Source of the DNA: Camelus dromedarius
Lineage: Eukaryota
NCBI RefSeq assembly: GCF_036321535.1
Contig: NC_087447.1
Span: 47,742,001 to 47,806,000 of the forward strand
Direction of reading: 5' to 3'
DNA: 64,000 nt
Both the position numbers and the translations under genes were made by a program. The notes below the pieces were generated by a model. That model was not told where the DNA came from and ran no database searches. It saw only the letters and a program-made list of their open reading frames with translations. Of this stretch, positions 54,230 to 64,000 are shown piece after piece; position 1 is the stretch's first letter, and each line of letters opens with the position of its first letter.

Positions 54230-54945
54230 GGGTCACACCCACTAGGATGGCCAGAATATAAAAAAGACAGTAACAAATGTGGCAAGGATTTGGAGAAATT
54301 TGAACCACAGGACACTGCTAGGGTGAATGTAAAATGGTGCAGTCCCTCTGGAAAAACAGTCTGGCAGTTCCTCAGATAATTAAACATAGAGTTAACATAT
54401 ATAATCTAGTAATTTCATTCCTAGGTATATATTCAAGAGAAATGAAAGCATATGTATACACAAAAACTTATACATGAATGTTATTAGCAGCATTATTTAT
54501 AATAGCCCGAAAGTGGAAACAACCCAAATGTCCATTAACTAATGAACAGATAAATAAAATGTGGTCTATTCACAGCAGGGAGGAAGTACTATACAACATG
54601 GATGAAACTTGACAACATTATGCTATGTGAAAGAAAGTCAGACACAGGGGACTACATAACATATGATTCTGTTTTCACTAAATGTCCAGAATAGGCAAAT
54701 CGACAGGGACAGAAAGTAGATTTGTGAGCTGAGTTGGGGGGAAGGGGAGGTTTGGGAGCACATGAGGAGTGACTGCTGATGGGTGTGGGGTTTCATTGGG
54801 GGGTGATGAAAATGTTCCAAAGTGGATTATGGTGACGGTTGCAAAACTTTGCAAATATGCTAAAGCCATTGCATTGTGCACTTTAAGTGGGTAAATTGTA
54901 TGTTGTATGGATTATAGGTCAATAAAGCTGTTATAAATAAAAACA
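54230..54945 (+). mobile_element. L1M(B)-type 3' fragment
   Basis: cacacccactaggatggc...aagtggaaacaacccaaatgtcc...tcaataaagctgttataaa. Confidence 0.92.
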
Positions 54946-56736
54946 AAAGAACACCATAGCAGCATTTTTAATGTCTCTAGACACTGTTCCTTTGCACAGC
55001 TGCATCATAATTTATTTAGATTTCTATTGTTAGACCTTTTTGTTTTCTATTAACTCCTTTGTTTCAAAACATTTCAAACATACACAAAAGTGAATTGAAT
55101 AGCATAATGAACCCCTGTACCCATCACCCACTTCAACAATTATCAGTACAATTTTTGCTTCTACAGATGAAGATTTGGTGAACATTCTTGTGCATAAATC
55201 TTTGTCCACATTCCACACTGCTTCCTTCCATTTATACTACATTCAATTCAGTTCAAACCACTTCCCTCAAAGCCTTAACAATGCACTCTCAGCATACCCG
55301 AGGGATGTGATGAATCAGACCCTGCCTCGTTCCTGGGAGGCTCCCAGTCTGGTGGGGGAGGTAGGTATTGGATTGGAGTGACCAGTAGGGGCAGGGCCTG
55401 TGTAACTGAAGAGAGTCCTCACCCTGTTACCCAAGAAGGGCACCCCACACACTGGAGTCAACTCCACCCACAGAACCTGTTTTCCTGATCTCTGCCCAGG
55501 CCTGTCTTTCTCCCTTTCTACCACACAGAGGCGCCAGAGACAGAGTCTTTCACAGCCTCATGAGGAAGCTCTTCCATCAGCAACGCAGGTGGGCCCTGTG
55601 CCCCTTTTCCAGGTGACCCTGGTTTGGTGATGGCCCTCTCTTGGCCTTAGGATCCTTATGGAGTAAATGAAGTATGTGAATGCAGTGAGCCATCTGGACT
55701 CATCAATGCTATAATTCAGTCTCCCACCTTTAGCCAGCTCTCATCAGCAGTGTGTCCTAGGCTCCATTCCCCAGCACCTGCTTCTGAGGGGTCCAGGGGA
55801 TTCATCTGAGTGCCCCTCCATTCTGGGTACCAGGAGAGACTAATGCCCACCAAGGCAACTTCCCACTTTTTGCAGAGGCCTGCAGGAAGCAGGTTATTAC
55901 TCTAGGAGTGACTCGGACAGCAAACTTGCTGGCAATACTTGGCTAGTGGGTAAGAGGTCTGACTACTGATGCCTCACAGCTGCCCATGCTGGGAGCCACT
56001 CAGGTGAAGGCAGCATCAGGGACACCACGGCTCTGGGAGCAAGGTTAGGACATGGGTGGAGGAAGAGAAAATGAGTCACCAGGAGCTTACAAAGGCCCGA
56101 CCTAACAGATGTCCGGCCCAGCCCAGAGGAGACTTGGCCCCTAGTGGGCACTGTCTGTAGAGGACCAGGAGGACTGATGTGTCTGGCATAGCTAAGGGCT
56201 GAGTCAAGGGACAGGGTGTTTGCTTTCCTGAGAGGGCTTCTCCTGAGTTGAGGAGGGGTCTCTAGCCTTGCAGCCTTTCCTGTCTCAGCCAATGCAAGAG
56301 GAGTGGTCCAGGCTCTAAGCTCTGTCTGGATGTCTGTCTCTCTCTAGGGGTCTTGCTCAGCCGTGAGCTCGACTCCTCCCTGTTGGCCGTGCCCCTGTTT
56401 GTCAGAGGCACTCCTCAGGATGTCTCCTTTTAATCCAATGAGCTGGCTGCAACCAGCCAGGCCAGAAGCCACTCCCCAGAATGCCAGGCAGTTCAGTCAC
56501 CAGGATGGGGTGGCGGGAAAGAAAGGCCAGCTCACCTGAGCTGGGCACCTACTGTGTGCCAGGCTGGCCCTGTGAGCTGCTTTGTACACATTATCACATT
56601 TCTTCCTCACTGCAGCATAGATTAATTTCACAGAGGAGAAAGTTGAAACTAGACCTAGCAGTGTGAGGACTCAAGCCCAGGCTGGTCTGACTCGTGCCTG
56701 TGTCTCCTTCCTCCTCCCTACCTGCCTCTTCAAAAA

Positions 56737-56866
56737 TTTTTTCTTTGTTATTTTTGAGGGGGGTAATTAGGTTTATTTCTTGATTTTTAGAGGAGGTACT
56801 GTGGATTGAACACAAGACCTCATGCATGCTAAGCATGCGCTCTACCACTTGAGCCCCACCTCCACC
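56737..56866 (-). mobile_element. tRNA-Ala(AGC)-derived SINE (Vic-1-like), inserted beside a MIR
   Basis: Reverse complement: gctcaagtggtagagcgcatgcttagcatgcatgaggtcttgtgttcaatccacagtacctcc...aaacctaattacccccctcaaaaa. acctgcct on both flanks may be the target-site duplication. Confidence 0.88.
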
Positions 56867-59689
56867 TGCCTTCTGTACACGCTCTTATCCTTGTGCACTG
56901 ACTCCCACCTCACCTCATTTTTGCTGCTGCTTCACTCCTGCACTCATCCAAGCCCACGCAATTGCACACGTGCTCCCAAGCTCACATGCACCAAGGTAGG
57001 TGCCCTGACAGACGCATGCGCACACACATAGCTCAGCCCTGACCGCAGCCCCAGCTGCCACTTAACAGCCTCGATAAATGACCTTGAGCAAGTCACCTGG
57101 CCTCAATTTTCTCATCTCACCAGACTTGTTATGAGCCTTAAATAAAATACCATGTAAACTTGTTAGTACCTGGCCTGGGCATAGAGCTCAATAAAGGTTG
57201 GCTATTTTTTAAAATGTTATCTAATTTCATTATTATTGTGCTAGTACATCTTTGTACATTCTCTACACATGTAACAAGTCACAAGCTGAATACTCAGGGG
57301 CACAAGGATTGCCAAGCACGCCTGCACACCCACACAGACACCCAGAATGAAACAATCAACCACCTGATATATCGTATGCCCACGTGCCTGTGCCAGGCTC
57401 TGCTGGGGTCAGGGTGGGGAATACCTGGGGAACAGAAGACGGGCAGCCTGGCCTTGGGTCCATCCAGGCTGGCTGGGAAGTAAGATTTATGATCAAAGTA
57501 GTCTGCAGACCGACGGCTCTCAGCAGCAGCTGCGGCTGCTAACAGAAGTGGCTGTTGGGAGAGAGACTGAGGGAAATAATGCTGCCTGGTCCTGCCCTCG
57601 CGTTTTCCTGTTTAACCAATCTGGGACCTTGTTAGAATCTTGAAGAATCTCACGTGCTGCCTCAGACCTCCTGAGTTAGAATCTGCATTTTAACAAGATC
57701 CTCAGAGCTCTAAGCAGAGCTGAAAGAAGTGCACAGAGCTGCTGTTCCTAAGTGGGAGGGGCTGGCTTTGGGCCTGGCCCTGGTGTCTCCAACCTACTCC
57801 CGTAGCAAGCTGGTATACCTACCTCCTGGCTCCTCCTCTGTGCTTGGAAGTTGGTGCTAAGGTATGAGGTTATCCAACTCAGTCTTGGGAAGACACACTG
57901 GCTGCCTCAAACTTGCTCTTGAAAAATATCAATAGCGAGGTCCTTCCCTGGAACCTCCCAGGGTTCTGATGGGATGGGGGATGGGAGCTACATCAGGACC
58001 CAAGCAACTGGCAGAGGGTGCCTGCCCTTCAACCCTCCTCCTGAAATGTGTCCATACTCATTTGTGACTCTCCCCACCCAAAATCATGGTAGAGTCACTG
58101 CCAGAGCTCTGACTGACGTCTCCTGCCTTGAGAGAAGTTTGGGCTCAGTCCCTTGGGGCCACTAAAGCCTGACACCTGGGTCAGTGCCCCCTCCCTATCC
58201 CTGTTAGGGCTAATTTTAGGGCTGTCTTGACAGCTGCCTCAGCTCAACCTGGGTCAATTCCCAGCCACTCAGTGTTAGGGTCAATTGGGGTCAGTTGGGG
58301 AGTGGGCCAGGCCAGCCCCAGCTTTGGCTGCCACAGATGAAACTAGAATTCATACCCCCTGGCCACCATCTCTACTGCCTAGAGAGCCCCCTCAGTGCTG
58401 ACCAGTGGGAGAATATGGGAACTGGTCCTGCTGTCAGCCTGGCACATGCTCTACAGACAGATAAACCCAACCCAGGGAACCCTGGAAGTCACAGAGATCA
58501 GAGAGCTCAAGATCTTGAAGACCCTCTAACTCAGCACCAGGACTGCAGAAGGCAAAGGGCAGAGGGACTGAGGTCTTGGCTAGAGCCACACAGCTAGTAA
58601 CAGAAGTGTTGGGGCTGGAGCCTGGGCTTCCTGGTGTCTGGCTAGGTCCTGTGCCCTGTGGCACCAGGGCTGGGTAGAAAAGCAGAGGGGCCCAATATCT
58701 AAAGTAGCTGATGAAGGTCAAGCCCAGGTGGTGGTGCCTCCCAGCGTGGAGGGTGCAAGAGAGGGGACTCTTCTCAGGGACCCTCCCTGATGCCAACCTG
58801 CCACAGACTTCTCGAGCATCCTGTGCTGTGTCCAGAGGGTTCAGGAGCAGATGGCACCTGGGATTGTTGCTAGAGAAAGGATTTTAGCCTCTGAGGAGAG
58901 AGGGATGGGATTCCTTTCTCTGTCACCAACATTCTAGTCCTTGGTTTTCTCCCTGATGAAATGGATGTGGTGATATATAGTCACATGCTGGCTGGGAGGG
59001 ACAGAGGAGATAAATGGAGGATGGAAAGTGTGCTGGGAACTCAGAGCATGCTGAGCCCACAGGGCTGCTCGGTGGCTGGGGACCCAGGCTCCTTTGGGGA
59101 ATCTGGAGTCTGAGTGGCTCCTGCAGTCTCCACCCCAACTACCTCCATCCCCACCCTGTCCTCCACCGGCAACGTTGCAAGAGGAAAGGGGAAAAGATCT
59201 TGAAGCCGACCTGGGCAAGAGGGAGGGGAAATGCAAGCAGGGGCCACAGAGGAAGCTGTGGTTCTCCTCCCTCCCCAACTTGCAGTCTTTGCTCCTTCTG
59301 CTCCCGCCTCCTGTCATTCCCTTCTCACTGTTCCCTCCTTCCAAATCCCCCTACTTCTCTAGCCCTTCTCTTCCTTTCTCCCAACTCCTCTAAGTTCCCT
59401 CACCCTGGATCCCTGTGCCCTGGCCCTCCCGGTTCCCAGGATCTCAGGTCTGCCAGAGAGAGTGAATGCGCATGCGCACACAGAGCTTTGCTGCATGTGG
59501 CTGCTGCTCAATAAATGTTTAACCATCCACCTTCAATCCATTGTGAAACAAGCCTACGTGTATATAAATAAACAGACAAACTTTGACGCTAAAACACACA
59601 TACGCACCCTGAGAAAAGCCTTGTTTATCTATCCTCCCTGAATAATAAGTTGACTCCCACTGTGGACTCTCCAGGTGGTTGAAGGTGAA

Positions 59690-60290
59690 AGAATCTCAGT
59701 GTTAGGAAGGAGAGAGCATTCCAGATGGAGGGATCGCCTTGAACCAAGGCTAGGGGCTGGAAGCTCAGCAGCCAGTGGAACAGCAGTGCAAGATGAGCTG
59801 GTGAAGTTGGCAGGGTCCAGATCATGAAGAGCCTCTAGTATCAGGCCAAGATACTGACTTGGTCCTGAGGGCAGTGGGGAGCCATGGAAAGGTTTTCAGC
59901 AGGAGAATGACAGGGTTGGATTTGACTCCATTAGGATCCCTCTCTGGATGCTGCATGGAGCATGGATTGAAGGCAGAGATTGAAGGAGCCCTCTGCTTTC
60001 AAGGTTCAGGTGAGAGAAGATGAAGTATGAACACAGGTGAGACTAATAACGGTGAGAAGTGGGCAGTTCCCGGGATATCACTGCGGGATGACCAGGGCTG
60101 AGGGCAGGATTGGAGGAGGGCAGGGAAGGGGTGAGAGGAGGCTCTGTGATTCTCAGGATCCTGGCCTGGGTGGTCAGCTGGCTGGAGGTGCCCTCACTGA
60201 GGTTGAGACAGGAGAAGATCCAGGGGAGAGATGCAGAGCTCCCCTTTGGACATAACAGGGAGATGGTATGACTAGAGGTGGAGATGTCTA
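59690..60290 (-). mobile_element. L2 LINE remnant
   Basis: gagcattccagatggaggga...ggtcctgagggcagtggggagccatggaaaggttttcagcagg...gaggtggagatgtc. Confidence 0.75.
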
Positions 60291-61663
60291 AACTGGTCAG
60301 AGGGCTGGGGCCAGGCCAGCCTGGACAGACCTCTCTAAGTAACATTTTCTCTATGACTTTGAAGTGTTCCAAGTGCCCCAAGACAGTCCCTGAGGCCCCA
60401 ACCACCCATGGTCTTCAAAACAGATGAGGTCCAGATCATGGACTTGAGCCCCAGGCAAGGAATAGGGTCAGCAAAGGGCCTGACCAGGATAAAGGGAAGG
60501 ATATGGGACCTAAAGATCAGGGATACCCCCAGGGTATAATATCTAAACAGAGGTTGTGGTTGGCAAATTTCCCTATCAAACAGACCTTGAGAAGGATGGG
60601 ACACCAACGTCTTGTTTCTTCAGGGTTTTGAGATTACTCAAGGGAGCTTTGCTGCTGACAGTCAAATAGGCCCATAAACATTATCAGAGAAGCAGAAGGT
60701 ACATTTATGAGAAATATCTGCACATCTGAGGGTTGGGGACTGCAGCATTCTGCAGCGTGCTCCTCACAAGCTGAGATGTCACAGGGGCAATTTCCTTCCA
60801 CCAAGGCTCACTCAGCACCTACTCAGTGCCAGGCACTGTTCTAGGATCTCAAGATAGTGAATGACTATGTCTAACACAATAAACTAACACACAATATAAT
60901 GTCAAGGAGGGAAAAGTTAGATGAAGAAATGCAAAGCAGTGTAGGGGTGGGCAATTTCAACAGGGAGCATGGAATGACCATTTGATAGAAAACCCTTGCC
61001 TGTGGGCCCGATTGGCCAGCTGATTTTGATCAAGTCCCTGCCCCCACCCCCACCCCCTACCTCAGTTTCCTCATAAGAGTTGAGCTAAGTCACCTCTGAA
61101 GGGCCTGAGGGGGATGGCCAGGCAACGAACTTTCAGGAAAATCAGCCTCTCCCACGAAGTTCAGCCCCACCCACTGACTCCAGTCTGTGAGACCACCCCG
61201 CCCACAGCTCCTCTGGGCAGCGAGCCCAGCAGGAGCCGAGGAGCCCAAGGCCTCAGTACTGCTCTAGATGTAGCCTGGTAGGTAGAGGTGACTCACCTGG
61301 GGGTTTCAGGATCCAGGAGACTGCCTGGGGTTAGAGGAACCTGAATGCTCCCTGCCCTCCCTTACCTGAGAGGACTTTGGCCTTTCCTAAGCCCCAATCC
61401 CCAAGGGTCCTTCTGCTCTCCAGGAGGCCCAAGTTACAGCCAAGTAGTTGTAAGGGGCCCAAGGGCTTGCCGGTGCCTGTCTCCTCTGGGCCTCAGTCTC
61501 CCAGTCCATGTACGTGGGAAGGGATGAGACTAAATAATCTTAGTATCTCTTCCATCTAAATTCTGGCTTTGGTGAGTGTGTTGCAGGAGCCCCATGACCT
61601 CTCTGATGGCTGCCAGAGGCTCAAGGCAGCGGTGAGTGGCAGATTCTGAAATGGGAGTGGGGA

Positions 61664-61822
61664 AAGGTTTGCCAGGTTTAGCAAGTAAAAATTTGAATTT
61701 CAGAGAAACAACAGGTAACTTTTTAGTATAAACATGTCCCCAATATTACTTACACTAAATGTTCATTATTTGTCTGAAACTCAAATTTAACTGGGTATCT
61801 TGTATTTTACCTCGCAACTCCA
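61664..61822. mobile_element. MER53 palindromic MITE
   Basis: aggtttgccaggtttagcaagtaaaaatttgaatttcaga...tttttagtataaacatgtcccc...tctgaaactcaaatttaactgggtatcttgtattttacctcgcaac matches the recalled MER53 consensus. Flanks agtgggga and ggagggga are a possible degenerate 8-bp TSD. Confidence 0.88.
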
Positions 61823-64000
61823 GGAGGGGAAGGTGACTGGAGCTGGGACTTCAACAGAAGAAGGTCCTAGACTCTCAGATGACTAGAACTGTGGCCACCT
61901 ACCTGGCTGCTCTTATCCCAGAGTGCTGTCAGACTCACTGTCACAGAGCCATTCAATCAACCAAGCCTCTTCTATGCAGCAGGTGCCAGACCCACAACAG
62001 TGATCAGGCCAGACACAGCCCTGCCTCCATGGAGCTCACAGTCTAGTGGGGAGACAGACACACAGTCACAAAACATGAGGACAATTACCCTTTCACTGAT
62101 GAGTCCACGTGACCGGAGGCTTCATGCAGGTGGGGCCCTACCTGTTCTGTTTTGTTCAGGCCCTACTACATAGCAGCCTTCAGTCAATAGTAGTGGAAAA
62201 AATGAAAGTGCTGAGGGAGAACAGTGGAGAGAGGGCCTCTCAGGAGACCTTCCGCATTGGAGCTCGGAGTAGGGCCTTCCAGATAGAAGGAAGAGCACAG
62301 GGGAAGGCCAGGTGTGTGCAATGAACTAAGGGAGAGGGGCGTGGCTGGCGAGGAGGATCAGCGCAGACGAGGCTGAGAGCCTGCCGAAAGCTCCAGTGCT
62401 GTGGCCCCGGGACCTGGGAAGGCTTAGCATCGTGATGTGCCCTTGCTCAGAGCGTGGCCTGACCTGTGAGAGTCTACATTTCCAGAGGGCAGCGGCTGGG
62501 TCTCTTCTCTCATGCCCTCCAGGACTGAGCCAAGAACCCAAAACTGAAGATGGATTGATAGAGAGCTGAGTGATGGGTATGGCTGCTCCCGGCTGGCTGG
62601 GAGGACCAATCACACTCAGGGCATCGAGTATTGCTGGGGCAGTTTTAGTAAGTAATCGCAGTCACGCAGCAATATCAGATAAGCCGAGTGGCTTTCCGCC
62701 CCAGATGGAGGCCCCTATTGCTTTCAGCATCTGTTTGCTCAGGTCCCTTGGCGGCCATTGTCTGGGACAGTGCAGTGTCAGTGACAGGTGATGTCTACCT
62801 ACCAGGCACCGAGCCCCAACTGAATGAGCCAGGCCCCCTCCAGACACCAGCTCCAATGCCCAGATTCAAGAAGAAAATTCAGGTGCTAGGAGATTAGGGG
62901 TTTAGGCTAAAACAGGATTTTAACCCAGGTTTTTCAAATTTTGATCTTTGCTACTTATGCTGCGGATGCCAGCAAAGCTGTTGCTTATCTGTGAACTCTC
63001 CAGTGGCCTTTACCCAAAACAATAAAAGAGTAAAGGAAGCAGGAAGGCAGGGATGAGGCTGGCTTCTTCTGGAGGTTCACTGGCACGTTCCTGGGGTGCC
63101 CCACCCTTCCTCCAGCCTGAAGCCCTGCCCTACCCTGAGTCATGAGTCTCCAGCACACTTAGGGCAGCTGGGCCCCTTGCACGCACGCAGTTTTCCTCCT
63201 CTGTGGCCCAGGCTCACACTGTACTCCCAGGCATCACCTAGGAAAGCTCCCTCAAGGTATTCAATGGCCACAATCCAAGCCTACTTCTGGGCAAGATGCT
63301 TTATGGGTTTAGGGTGTGCCATGTCTCCTCTGCTAGACTGTGAAGGCCTGGAGGAGAGGGGCTTTCCATTTTTCTCATCTGTGTGCTCAGTAAGCACCTA
63401 CTGCATGCCAGGTGCAGTGCTGGGCACCAGGATACCATTGAAACTGAAATGCCCGGAAACTTCCAACTGCTCTGCCATGCTGGCTGCTCCTGGGTGTACC
63501 ACCCAGGCCTCTTCATGGTCCATCAACTAAGGGGCTAGTGTCTGGTGCACCAGGGGTGCTTCAGGAGCTGAGGCCACATCGACCCACCTCCTTGGACTTC
63601 CCTGGCCTCTCAAGGTAAGTACCAGGTACAGGGCAAGGCCTCACAGGGGTGGGTGCGGGGCAGTGTTCATGATGATTCATCTGCTGATGGCCCAGGAGAA
63701 CGTAAAGTTCTGTTGGGCACAAATGTGCCTGAGGCCTTGAGAGCCATTCTGTGTCAGTCTCCTCACCGGTAACCCTCAGAGTCAAGCTTGGCTGAGTAGA
63801 GGCCTTTGCTACCCCTTCCTTTTCTCCCACTGGCTCCAGGATCCAGCCGGCTCTCTCCCCTCACCACCTTCTGTGTCACTTATGGACTGGTGGCCTTGGT
63901 GGCAGGTGCCACTTCCCTGGAGCCTGTGGACTCCTCATCAGCTCCATCTAAGAACCCTACAGGAGCCTGAGACCTTATACAGGTTCTGTTCTAAGCACAT

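Noticed and set aside
56790..56866. tRNA-Ala(AGC)-like sequence with an intact anticodon stem-loop
   Set aside because: The acceptor and T stems are degenerate, and it carries the same tail as the other SINE copies. It is a SINE, not a tRNA gene; the same applies to 12242.
17600..64000. P2RY2 or another coding gene or processed pseudogene in the upstream region
   Set aside because: No GPCR-like or other recognisable peptide in the ORF track or by eye. Short non-coding exons cannot be excluded.
1..64000. CRISPR array, operon or prokaryotic defence system
   Set aside because: The sequence is mammalian, with spliced exons and LINE/SINE content. There is no repeat-spacer array; tandem repeats such as 10783-10827 and 31623-31646 are short slippage duplications.

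Overview
Mammalian genomic DNA, not microbial. It is most likely a camelid, inferred from three copies of a tRNA-Ala-derived SINE resembling Vic-1 and no visible Alu, Bov-A/Bov-tA or PRE-1. The only protein-coding sequence I can support is the 5' end of FCHSD2 on the minus strand: coding exon 1 (16333-16353) and exon 2 (14483-14580), giving MQPPPRK|VKVTQELKNIQVEQMTKLQAKHQAECDLLEDM(R), under a CpG-island promoter (~15950-17550). Bases 1-14482 are AT-rich FCHSD2 intron 2. Bases ~17600-64000 are GC-richer upstream intergenic DNA; P2RY2 is the next gene on this side in human, but I see no P2RY2 coding sequence here. The rest is decayed repeats (L1, L2, MIR, CR1/L3, LTR33, MLT1, MER5, MER53, Kanga-like) and microsatellites. 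Repeat family names come from recalled consensus sequences, and their boundaries are approximate. Nearly all ORFs in the supplied track are chance ORFs or repeat remnants. I found no convincing previously undescribed biological system. The best leads are a 104-bp intronic foldback, an out-of-frame upstream ORF overlapping the FCHSD2 start, an apparently internally primed L1 insertion, and a few exact regulatory motifs.
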